DNA of 64,000 bases from assembly GCA_000990585.1 (NCBI GenBank), contig LBQD01000003.1:79504-143503 (forward strand), read 5' to 3'. Below are positions 17,392-25,950 of this stretch, in pieces. Below the pieces are notes generated by a model, which was given only the letters and a program-made list of their open reading frames with translations, was not told the DNA's origin and did not search any database. The DNA comes from Candidatus Moranbacteria bacterium GW2011_GWE2_35_2-. Lineage in GTDB: Bacteria > Patescibacteriota > Minisyncoccia > Moranbacterales > UBA9337. Position 1 is the stretch's first letter. The number at the start of each line of letters is the position of its first letter. A program made the translations under genes and the position numbers.

Positions 17392-18429
17392 TTGCCGGGG
17401 GGGGGTTATAAAAGTCATAGTTTTGCTTTTCCGGACAAAAGCAAAAGTGCTTTTGATGGGAAAAATAAATTAAAAATTACATTTGAAGAAATCATATCTT
17501 TGGAAAATCTGCTGGAGGCTTGGAAAGAATTTGAAAAAGGAAAGAAAAACAGAAAAGATGTGCAGGAATTTTCAATGAATCTGATGGATAATATTTTTTC
17601 TCTCCATCAAGATCTTCTCAATCATACCTACAAACACGGCGGTTATCAAGCTTTCAAAATCAATGATCCCAAGCCTAGAGATATCCACAAAGCAAAAGTC
17701 AGGGACAGGCTTTTGCATCACGCCATCTACCGAAAACTCTATCCGTTTTTCGACAAAACTTTTATTTCCGATTCATATTCTTGCCGAATAAACAAAGGCA
17801 CACACAAAGCGATTGAAAAATTTCGAAAGTATTTTAACAAAGTAAGTCAAAACAACACGAAAACTTGTTATGTTCTCAAATGCGACATCAAAAAGTTTTT
17901 CGCCAGTATTGACCACGAAATTCTAATTTCAATCTTGAAAGAACATATTCCGGATGAAAATATTTTGTGGTTATTGGTGGAAATTATTGAAAGTTTTCAT
18001 ATTTCAAAACCCCTCCCCAGCCCTCCCCTTGAAAAGGGGAGGGGGATTGGACTGCCGCTGGGCAATTTAACCTCGCAATTGTTTGTGAATATTTATATGA
18101 ACAAATTTGACCAGTTCGTCAAACATAAACTGAAAGCCGAATATTACATTCGCTATGCCGACGATTTTGTGTTTTTGTCGCAAGACAGAAAATGGTTGGA
18201 AGATTTGATTCCAAGAGTCGGCAAATTTTTAGGCGATGAATTAAAACTCAAATTGCATCCGAATAAAGTTTACATCAAAACTTTTTCTTCCGGCGTGGAT
18301 TTTTTGGGAATAATCAATTTTCCGCACCACAAAATCCTGCGGACGAAAACGAAAAGAAGAATGATGAAAAAAATATTTCTCAATCATAAGATGTTGAGAG
18401 AGGGATTGATTTCAGAAGATAAATTTTAA
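17392..18429 (+). CDS. DGR reverse transcriptase
   Basis: RT domains with YADD (IRYADDFVFL). DGR-type motif IGLPLGNLTSQLFVNIYMNKFD. About 330 aa. Start uncertain and likely non-ATG. Confidence 0.85.
   Translation: MPGGGYKSHSFAFPDKSKSAFDGKNKLKITFEEIISLENLLEAWKEFEKGKKNRKDVQEFSMNLMDNIFSLHQDLLNHTYKHGGYQAFKINDPKPRDIHKAKVRDRLLHHAIYRKLYPFFDKTFISDSYSCRINKGTHKAIEKFRKYFNKVSQNNTKTCYVLKCDIKKFFASIDHEILISILKEHIPDENILWLLVEIIESFHISKPLPSPPLEKGRGIGLPLGNLTSQLFVNIYMNKFDQFVKHKLKAEYYIRYADDFVFLSQDRKWLEDLIPRVGKFLGDELKLKLHPNKVYIKTFSSGVDFLGIINFPHHKILRTKTKRRMMKKIFLNHKMLREGLISEDKF
17397..17405. repeat. G9 homopolymer between divergent avd and RT
   Basis: gccGGGGGGGGGtta, unusual in an AT-rich genome. Lies in the 5' region of both genes. 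Confidence 0.8.
18009..18050. repeat. GC-rich palindromic module (CCCTCCCCTT-GAA-AAGGGGAGGG) inserted in frame in the RT gene
   Basis: Perfect 10-bp arms. Encodes PLPSPPLEKGRG just before the conserved IGLPLGNLTSQ motif. Confidence 0.7.
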
Positions 18430-18536
18430 TCAAAGTTTGCAATCGTATTTGGGGATTCTGAGGCATTGTGATGGGTGGGGGATTGAGAAAGAGATAATGA
18501 AAATATCAGAATAAAAAAGTAAAGTTTTTTGATAAA

Positions 18537-18971
18537 TTATTTTTTCAAGAGTTTTAAGATTTCTTTTTTGAAATCTTTCAAATCGACAATTCTTTCTTGA
18601 AGATAGTCATATACTTTTTCTTTGTCTATTTTTCCATATTCGTGAACCAGGATATTTCGAAATCCGACAATCCCGTCCAATCTCGATGCCAATTTTTTGG
18701 AAATTATCTTCTTCTCGAAAAGCAAAGAAATCGCTTCCTGATTTTCTTCCGGACGTTCGAATTTTTCTTCTATAATAATCATCTGGACAAGATCAATGAT
18801 GGTCTGGATCGATAGTTGCAAATATCTTTCAGCAAGTCCGAAAAAATGAAAATCACTGACGAAAGCAACTTTGTTTTTTTTTGTTTCCTTGGCGAGCGCT
18901 TCAAGATATTTTATATATTCGTCCAAGTTTTGAATTTTGTCGAAAAATTTCTTCTTGATTATTTTTGTCAT
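18537..18971 (-). CDS. hepT: HepT-like (DUF86) toxin
   Basis: R-x4-H-x-Y motif (FRNILVHEY). About 144 aa. Directly downstream of the MntA-like gene. Confidence 0.7.
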   Translation of the reverse strand: MTKIIKKKFFDKIQNLDEYIKYLEALAKETKKNKVAFVSDFHFFGLAERYLQLSIQTIIDLVQMIIIEEKFERPEENQEAISLLFEKKIISKKLASRLDGIVGFRNILVHEYGKIDKEKVYDYLQERIVDLKDFKKEILKLLKK

Positions 18972-18983
18972 AAAGTTTATTTT

Positions 18984-19403
18984 TTAATTTCGATTCAGTT
19001 CTCTTTTTAAATAGGCTTCGTTATATTTTTCGATAAAGGGCGCGAAATCGTAGTAATCATTCATTGTTTTTAATTCAAATTCGAGCTTTTCCCCGTGATC
19101 TTTTGCGTAAATCAGTTTTCCTTCTTTGATGATTACGAATTTGAAAAGGATGGATTTTGTGTCATTGAGAATGACGACCTCTGTTTCTTTTTTGAATATT
19201 TTCGAAAGCTCGGAAATTATTTTGCATCGAATATCAAATCTTTTTTTCGCGTCGATATCTTTTGACAGCATTATGGCAATATCGATATCGCTGTTTTTTA
19301 TCGCTTTTCCGGTAGCTTGCGAACCGAATAAATACGCAAAAACAACCTTGTGTTTGGCAAAGATTTTCGAAAATTCCCCAGTTTTGTCTTTGATAAGTTT
19401 CAT
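18984..19403 (-). CDS. mntA: MntA-like minimal nucleotidyltransferase antitoxin
   Basis: GS-x9-DxD motif (LFGSQATGKAIKNSDIDIAI). Confidence 0.7.
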   Translation of the reverse strand: MKLIKDKTGEFSKIFAKHKVVFAYLFGSQATGKAIKNSDIDIAIMLSKDIDAKKRFDIRCKIISELSKIFKKETEVVILNDTKSILFKFVIIKEGKLIYAKDHGEKLEFELKTMNDYYDFAPFIEKYNEAYLKRELNRN

Positions 19404-19515
19404 AATCTTGATTAAAAGTATAGCATATTTTTGAAAAATAAAAAATCGCGCCGAGGAGTGGATTTTAATAGGGTCTTTGATTGTTCGGCTACGTATAGTA
19501 GTGTATTATTAAAAT

Positions 19516-20205
19516 ATGGAAATAGCAACATTTGATTTGGAAAAAAAACTTCTTGGCAAAGGGTATGGATTTGTTATTGGGGTGGATGAGGCGGGGAGAG
19601 GACCACTTGTTGGACCCGTTGTGGCTTGCGCGGCAACTCTTAAGAATAATGAATCAGGAATCAAGAACCAAGAATTAAAAGAATGGGATTTGGTGCGGGA
19701 TTCGAAAAAACTTTCTGCCGGACAACGGGAAAAGGCTTTTGATTTTGTTTTGGAAAATTTTCACGTTGGCATCGGGATTTGCGATCACGAAACCATTGAC
19801 CGAGTGAATATCTTAGAAGCATCATTTCTTGCAATGAAAATTGCCTTAGTAGATTTGAATTCAAAATTAAAAAATTATAAATTGAATAAAAATTCAAAAT
19901 TCAAAATTCAAAATTACAAGCAAATTTTGCTTGTAGATGGGAATAAGAAAATTCCCAATTTTTCCGGTGAGCAATTGGCGGTGGTCGGAGGGGATAAGAT
20001 CGTCAAATCGATTTCGGCGGCGTCGATTGTCGCTAAAGTGACCAGGGACCGAATGATGATGGAAGCGCACGAGAAATACCCTCAGTATCATTTCGACAAA
20101 CATAAGGGCTATGGCACTAAAATCCACATGGAATCGCTCAAACAATACGGACCTTGTGAAATTCATCGGAAATCCTTTGCTCCGGTTAAAAAAACGTTAA
20201 AATAA
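19516..20205 (+). CDS. rnhB: ribonuclease HII
   Basis: GVDEAGRGPLVGPVV, DSKKLS, LVDGN and a C-terminal KHKGYG. Carries in-frame low-complexity insertions. Confidence 0.9.
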   Translation: MEIATFDLEKKLLGKGYGFVIGVDEAGRGPLVGPVVACAATLKNNESGIKNQELKEWDLVRDSKKLSAGQREKAFDFVLENFHVGIGICDHETIDRVNILEASFLAMKIALVDLNSKLKNYKLNKNSKFKIQNYKQILLVDGNKKIPNFSGEQLAVVGGDKIVKSISAASIVAKVTRDRMMMEAHEKYPQYHFDKHKGYGTKIHMESLKQYGPCEIHRKSFAPVKKTLK

Positions 20206-20228
20206 AGAATTTTTGCATTAAAACTTAT

Positions 20229-20267
20229 CTCACTCACTTTTATGCAATCGCATAAAAGTGAGTGAGT
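20229..20267 (+). terminator. long perfect hairpin after rnhB
   Basis: CTCACTCACTTTTATGC-AATC-GCATAAAAGTGAGTGAG. Confidence 0.5.
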
Positions 20268-20387
20268 GGCAGAGAGTCTTATTGAGCGACTCTTGTCAAA
20301 TTGGAAGTTCAATGGTAGACTTTTTCAGTAGTTAGATTTTCAAAAAATAAATAATTTAACTGTATAACAATTTAGCAATTTAATATT

Positions 20388-20588
20388 ATGCCAGTACCAA
20401 AACAACGACACAACAAAGCCAGACAAGGAAGAAGGAGAGCCGGACAGCTTCAGGCTGTCGGAATTAAAAAAACTCAGAAATGCCCGAAATGCGGAGCAAC
20501 GGTAATGCCTCACAGGGCTTGCGCCAAGTGTGGATATTACAAGGGAAATGAAATTGTAAATACTTTAAAAAAGAAGAAAAAGCAATAG
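20388..20588 (+). CDS. rpmF: 50S ribosomal protein L32
   Basis: [18 protein letters not shown]... with Cys pairs CPKC/CAKC. Confidence 0.85.
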   Translation: MPVPKQRHNKARQGRRRAGQLQAVGIKKTQKCPKCGATVMPHRACAKCGYYKGNEIVNTLKKKKKQ

Positions 20589-20628
20589 TTTTTTAAACTT
20601 CTCGCTTTACACTTCTAGTTTTTTATAT

Positions 20629-21135
20629 ATGGCCAATCGACATTTGCAAAGATCGATAGCAATGCAATCTCTTTTTGAGTGGGATTTTGGAGGATGTGGA
20701 GATAATACATCCAAAGAGATTATAGAACGCAATGTGGGTGAATTTGCTGCCGGACTCAAGGAGGCGAATCTTGTTGGATCGCTCGTGGATGGTGTTATCA
20801 GCCATAAAAAACAGATCAATGAGTTGATTGAGAAATGCGCTCCGGAATGGCCATTGGATCAAATTACAATTGTTGATAGAAATATTTTACGTTTGGGGAT
20901 TTATGAGTTGATACATGGGAATTATCAAGAAGTTCCTCCAAAAGTGGCAATCAATGAGGCGATTGAGCTGGCGAAAACTTTCGGCGGAACTAATTCCGCA
21001 AAATTTGTTAACGGTGTGTTAGGAACAATTTATCGAGAGATGGGAGAACCAATGAAAGATGATTGCAGTGAAAAACACAAAAAACCGGAAAAGAATAAAA
21101 ATACCTCTAATGAATCAAAAGATGAAGTGGAATAG
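20629..21135 (+). CDS. nusB: transcription antitermination factor NusB
   Basis: RxxAlQsLFqwdf N-terminus and the FVNGVLG motif. Confidence 0.8.
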   Translation: MANRHLQRSIAMQSLFEWDFGGCGDNTSKEIIERNVGEFAAGLKEANLVGSLVDGVISHKKQINELIEKCAPEWPLDQITIVDRNILRLGIYELIHGNYQEVPPKVAINEAIELAKTFGGTNSAKFVNGVLGTIYREMGEPMKDDCSEKHKKPEKNKNTSNESKDEVE

Positions 21136-21305
21136 AAAATAGCTTTTTTGATAATTTATAATTAATTTACCAAGGAAACAAGAAACAAGGACACAAATAA
21201 TATTCAAATTACAGTATTTAATTATTAAAAAATAATTTGGAAGTCGGTTATTATTTAATTTGTATCTTTTATCTTGCATCTTGCATCTTGTTTCTTTTTA
21301 AAGAA

Positions 21306-21995
21306 ATGTTTTCTATTGAAAAATTTGCCGACTCTATTAAGGTAAAATTTAAAAATATCGACTTTTTGCGCGAGGCGCTCACTCATCGTTCCTATTTGAA
21401 TGAAAATCGTTCATATAAATTGAACCACAACGAGCGGATGGAATTTTTGGGCGATGCGGTTTTGGAATTGGTGGTTACTGAATTTTTGTATCATAATTAT
21501 CCCAATCCGGAAGGAGAGCTTACGAGCTGGAGAGCGGCGTTAGTAAACGGAGAGATGTTGGCGAGTATTGCGGGGGAATTAGGAGTGGAGGATTATTTAT
21601 TGATGAGTAGGGGGGAAGCTAAGGATACCGGGCGCGCCCGCCAGTATCTTTTGGCAAATGCAATGGAAGCGATTATTGGAGCGATTTATTTGGATCAAGG
21701 ATATGACAGCGCCAAAAAATTCATTATGGATAATGTGGCAATCAAAATTGAGGATATCTTGAAAAACAAATCATATATGGATCCGAAGAGTTATTTTCAA
21801 GAAAAATCCCAAGAGCATATGAGAATTACCCCGTCATATCGGGTATTGGGGGAATCCGGACCGGATCATGACAAGCGTTTTGTTGTCGGTGTGTTTTTGG
21901 ATGAAGAATTGGTAGCGGAAGGCGAGGGAATTTCCAAACAAGACGCCCAAAGAAACGCCGCCGCCGCCGGATTGGAAAAGAAAGGGTGGATATGA
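21306..21995 (+). CDS. rnc: ribonuclease III
   Basis: ERMEFLGDAVLELVVTEFLY signature plus a C-terminal dsRBD. Start taken at the ATG at 21306. Confidence 0.88.
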   Translation: MFSIEKFADSIKVKFKNIDFLREALTHRSYLNENRSYKLNHNERMEFLGDAVLELVVTEFLYHNYPNPEGELTSWRAALVNGEMLASIAGELGVEDYLLMSRGEAKDTGRARQYLLANAMEAIIGAIYLDQGYDSAKKFIMDNVAIKIEDILKNKSYMDPKSYFQEKSQEHMRITPSYRVLGESGPDHDKRFVVGVFLDEELVAEGEGISKQDAQRNAAAAGLEKKGWI

Positions 21996-22441
21996 AATTT
22001 ATGATTAGCGGTGATATAAAAACATACACATGGGCGGAAATTTTAATGTGGAGTTTCGGCTTGGCATTAATTATAATTCTTCTGGGTATGTTGGCAACGT
22101 ATATTGATTCTAGTTCCGTTTTATTTTTTTATGTGGCTATGGGAGCTATTATAATATGGGGAATCATTGCCGGACTTTCATATGATGAAAATTCCCGATT
22201 TTGTATTATCAGAAATTCATTTTTAGTTGCTTGCATTTTAATGGTTGCATTGATTGGAATGCTTTCTATGTATATAGCGGTCATTGAACCTCCGAGATTC
22301 GGAAATATTTTCGAAAAAATATTCAATACTATAGTTTTTGCAACTTTTCCTGTTTTTTCTTTTGTAGGAGGGTTTTTTATTGTAGGATATCTCAGTGCCT
22401 TCGCGGTTAAATTTTTTAGTAATATTTGCAAAAGAAAGTAG
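21986..22441 (+). CDS. hypothetical integral membrane protein
   Basis: 151 aa with 4 predicted TM helices. Overlaps the rnc stop. Confidence 0.4.
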   Translation: MDMKFMISGDIKTYTWAEILMWSFGLALIIILLGMLATYIDSSSVLFFYVAMGAIIIWGIIAGLSYDENSRFCIIRNSFLVACILMVALIGMLSMYIAVIEPPRFGNIFEKIFNTIVFATFPVFSFVGGFFIVGYLSAFAVKFFSNICKRK

Positions 22442-22595
22442 GTCGATTTTTGTTTGGTTTTATGCTAGTTTAGGTGACGGTGCAGGGTAGTGCTAAAAAA
22501 CCCAAAAGGAAGTAAAATGAAAAAGATTGATTTCAAGAGAGCGAAATGTTGATTTATGCTTACATCTGTGCTAAATTGAAAAATAGATTCAAGTA

Positions 22596-23195
22596 TTGGT
22601 CAATTTTTTATTTATGAAAAACAAGAAGAATATTTTAATTTTAGCGATAGCACTGGTGATAATGATTATTGTCGGAGGTTTTTTTGTTTGGGGAAATAAT
22701 CAAAAACAGAGTGAAATTAGTGAAATTGTTCAAAATCAAAACCAGAATCAAAATCAGCAAGCAGAAACGGATATAAGTGATTGGAAAACCTACAAAAATG
22801 AAGAATATGGCTTTGAGGTTAAGTATCCTCAAGACTGGGAATATGATTTGATTGACGGAGTTACATTTGGAGATAAGAAAAATTGCGAAAGGAGTATAAT
22901 TGATAATTATTGGTGTGAGAATTATATTAGCTTTATAAAATCTGAAAAAAATCCAAGAGTTGGCAATGAGAGATTTGAAAAAGATGTTGTAGATATTTTA
23001 AATATTAATAATGATGTTTATAATACTAAAAAAGAACTTAGCGATGGTAGTGTTTTTGATGAATATTATTTTACTGACGATAGGAGTAATATTTATGAAT
23101 GGATAATTGTATTAAAGTATGACAATAAAAAAGAAAATCAAGCGGAAATAACAATTTTAAGAGAAATTCTAAAAACATTTAAATTGTCAGACTAG
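22596..23195 (+). CDS. hypothetical membrane-anchored/secreted protein
   Basis: N-terminal TM/signal anchor, then a QNQNQNQ linker. Confidence 0.4.
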   Translation: MVNFLFMKNKKNILILAIALVIMIIVGGFFVWGNNQKQSEISEIVQNQNQNQNQQAETDISDWKTYKNEEYGFEVKYPQDWEYDLIDGVTFGDKKNCERSIIDNYWCENYISFIKSEKNPRVGNERFEKDVVDILNINNDVYNTKKELSDGSVFDEYYFTDDRSNIYEWIIVLKYDNKKENQAEITILREILKTFKLSD

Positions 23196-23328
23196 TTTAT
23201 TTTCATAAATAGGCGTTAAAAATTAATTCCTATAAAATGGAAATCAATTGTGATTCCATCGTTAAAGCAGTTGTTTGACAACAGAATAATGGCGCAGAAT
23301 AGCGCCAAAACTTGAAAAAGGAGGAAAG

Positions 23329-24039
23329 ATGAAAAAGATTATTCCGGAAAGTTTCAAAGTGTTTTTATTGTCAATGGCATTGGTTTTGTGTTTTGAGCCA
23401 ATAGTGTTTGCGTATGAAACTTTTTTGTGTACGGGAGGTGATTTCATTAAAAATATTGATGATGATTTCGGGGAGTGTGTTTTATATGTGAGGTATGAAA
23501 TAGGAGGAAGTGAATATTACGATGTTTGTAATGGATATGCAAAAACCTGTTATCAGGATGCTCAATCTGCTGGCTATGCAGTTGGTCAAACACCCGAAAT
23601 TGGTGCAATCATGGTTATCAATGGATGGGGTAGCAATACTGCCGGTCATGTGGGGATTGTTATCGATAAGCGCAATGATAATCAGGAGGTCAAATTGCGT
23701 CATTCAAACTGGCACTTGGATGGTAAGGTTAGTGAGGAATGGATATCTGTAAGTCAATATCCCATTCTCGGATATATCTATTGCGATGGAAGTGGTCCGA
23801 GCGCGAATGAAAATGAAACATATGTTAATCTTCGCACTGTCAATGGCATTGGTTGGTATCCGCCAAACAAAACTTGCGTCAATGCGAGTCAGTGGTACAA
23901 AACTGTCGATGGCAAAGCGATTGCATCGTATGCGGACAATTCAGCTTGCTATCTTGTCGGTTCTTTCTATATCAACAACATTCTTTGGCAAAACGTGCTT
24001 TTCGGAACTGGTGATTTGCCTCTGGAATGCACCCAATGA
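23329..24039 (+). CDS. secreted CHAP-domain (cysteine/histidine peptidase) protein
   Basis: Signal peptide. Cys in GECVLYVRY and His in GHVGIVI, spaced like CHAP amidase/peptidase domains. Confidence 0.55.
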   Translation: MKKIIPESFKVFLLSMALVLCFEPIVFAYETFLCTGGDFIKNIDDDFGECVLYVRYEIGGSEYYDVCNGYAKTCYQDAQSAGYAVGQTPEIGAIMVINGWGSNTAGHVGIVIDKRNDNQEVKLRHSNWHLDGKVSEEWISVSQYPILGYIYCDGSGPSANENETYVNLRTVNGIGWYPPNKTCVNASQWYKTVDGKAIASYADNSACYLVGSFYINNILWQNVLFGTGDLPLECTQ

Positions 24040-24056
24040 AAAACTGAAAATCAAAA

Positions 24057-25403
24057 ATGAAAAAGGAGGTTTGCATGAAGAACAAAGAATCGACACTCAT
24101 TTTCAGTGTCATTTTTTTCTTTCTGGCATTGGCACTGGTTGAAAATGTCATAGCCCAATGCGGAACTGTGGCTGCAGTACAAGTAGAGCCAACCAATGAC
24201 AATGAATCCGGAACCTGGAGCAATGAAGTTTCATATACTCCTCCCGGAGATGACAGCGTAAGTTCGGGAGGCGATCCGGATTTCAAACCGATGGAGCTAT
24301 ATATCGATCACCACAGGAAACTGCTTCGTCCCGGACAAGATCATGAAGTCTTCACTCGAATCAAAAACAAGGGCGATGCCAGTTCTCCGGAAGATATCCA
24401 AATCAGATATTGGCTTTCTGACGGGTATAAAATCGATGCCAAAGACGATCGCATAAGTTTCGGCACTGACAACATCCAAAAAGAAAATCTTCCACCAGGC
24501 GACAGCAAGTGGGAAAGTAAGACTAACGAGGCTCCAAATACGCCCGGAATTTACAACTATACTGTTGAGGCGGATGATGAAGATGATATAGAAGAGGTCA
24601 AGGAATCAAACAATACATTCGATCCTCCCTATGTCTTTGAAGTCAAAAAGCCGGAACTGTATTTTGCCAATGCTTACATTGTCGGAGAGCAGGAGCAATA
24701 TTCTCCCGGTTATGTATTCCAGTTGAAAGTTTTTACCGAAAATGACGGCGCCAATCCTGGAAAGGATGTAAAAGTATATTATTACATGGATGGAGTGAAG
24801 TTCGGTGAAGATAATATGCGCGAATACAATATTGAACCTGAAGATCCTCCCAAAGAAGAAAGTATTTATGCAGTAGCTCCGATGACTCCCGGAACGCACA
24901 CGGTGAGCGCCGTGGTCGATCCCGGAGATTATGTCGATGAAGGGAATGAAAATAATAACACATGGTCAAAAACATTTACAGTAGTAGCTCCTGATCCCGA
25001 GCCGGTATATGACACCGCCGTTGCCAGTGTTTCAGTGAGTAATCCGGAACTTTCTTTTTATCCCGGTGAAATTTTTGAGATCAGCGCGGTAGCGCAAAAT
25101 CTCGGCGATAATCCGCCAAGCGATATCCTTATGGGATATTTTTTGTTGGGCGGAGAACTCTCAGAGCCGTTACTTTTAGGAAGTATTACAATTACCAGTC
25201 AAGATTTTCCGAGTACTTCAATCATAACCAAGTCATTGGGAAATATTGGAGCGCCCGGTTTGTCCGAAATTTATCAAATCAAAGCTTGCATCAATTATGA
25301 CGAACGGTTCGTAGAAGCAAGCGAAGAAAACGATTGCCGGACAATTGAAATTGAAGTTAAAAAAGAGCATCTCAACCCCGCTGTCATTAATATTCTTGAT
25401 TAA
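24057..25403 (+). CDS. secreted protein with repeated CARDB-like domains
   Basis: Signal peptide. Repeated units ending ...VDEGNENNNTWS / ...KESNNTFDP / ...EENDCRTIEIEV typical of CARDB repeats. Confidence 0.5.
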   Translation: MKKEVCMKNKESTLIFSVIFFFLALALVENVIAQCGTVAAVQVEPTNDNESGTWSNEVSYTPPGDDSVSSGGDPDFKPMELYIDHHRKLLRPGQDHEVFTRIKNKGDASSPEDIQIRYWLSDGYKIDAKDDRISFGTDNIQKENLPPGDSKWESKTNEAPNTPGIYNYTVEADDEDDIEEVKESNNTFDPPYVFEVKKPELYFANAYIVGEQEQYSPGYVFQLKVFTENDGANPGKDVKVYYYMDGVKFGEDNMREYNIEPEDPPKEESIYAVAPMTPGTHTVSAVVDPGDYVDEGNENNNTWSKTFTVVAPDPEPVYDTAVASVSVSNPELSFYPGEIFEISAVAQNLGDNPPSDILMGYFLLGGELSEPLLLGSITITSQDFPSTSIITKSLGNIGAPGLSEIYQIKACINYDERFVEASEENDCRTIEIEVKKEHLNPAVINILD

Positions 25404-25414
25404 AGGAGAAAAAA

Positions 25415-25744
25415 ATGAAAAAAAACATCGTAGCCCTGCTGGTATCTATTTTTGTTTGTGCATTTGGTTTGTCTGCAAACGCAGATGAAGCTTGCTTTGA
25501 CCCTAATGCGCAATATTTTGATGTGAATGGTGTGAGTCGGCTGAATCTTTGGGGAATTCCCGAAGCTAATGATAATGCGGTTTTTGCTGATGCCAGGCAA
25601 TCTTGGCATACTGAGCTTTCTGTTGCAATGTGGTACGCCACGATTTTGAAAGCTCAAGAAAATGATATGGTGGTAGTTGTTGGCTATGACCCGGCAAGCT
25701 ATGAGTTGTGGTACGTGGCAAAGCCGCGGCCGACTTGTCCGTAA
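25415..25744 (+). CDS. small secreted protein
   Basis: Signal peptide MKKNIVALLVSIFVCAFGLSANA. 109 aa. Terminator-like hairpin downstream. Confidence 0.4.
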   Translation: MKKNIVALLVSIFVCAFGLSANADEACFDPNAQYFDVNGVSRLNLWGIPEANDNAVFADARQSWHTELSVAMWYATILKAQENDMVVVVGYDPASYELWYVAKPRPTCP

Positions 25745-25858
25745 GGCGAATTTTTTTCAGTACCTTGTTAGTGAAGCCTTTTGGGGAAATCTCCGAAGGG
25801 CTTCTTTTTATTTCCTAAAAACAAAAAATGTAGTAAGATAATAAGGTAGTTTATTATT

Positions 25859-25937
25859 GTCATTCCCGCAAAGGCGGGAATCCAGAAAATAATTAAAAAT
25901 ACAATATACCAGATTCCCGCCTTCGCGGGAATGACAC
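25859..25937. repeat. pair of inverted GC-rich palindromic units upstream of smc
   Basis: GTCATTCCCGCAAAGGCGGGAATCCAG, then after a 23-bp spacer its inverted copy CCAGATTCCCGCCTTCGCGGGAATGACAC. Each unit is itself a palindrome (ATTCCC-N8-GGGAAT). Confidence 0.8.
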
Positions 25938-25950
25938 ATATTTTTTTTGC

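Noticed and set aside
21237-21305. The upstream extension of rnc from 21237 (MEVGYYLICIFYLASCILFLFKE...).
   Set aside because: The extension is hydrophobic low-complexity translated from an AT-rich repeat. The conserved RNase III N-terminus starts at the ATG at 21306.
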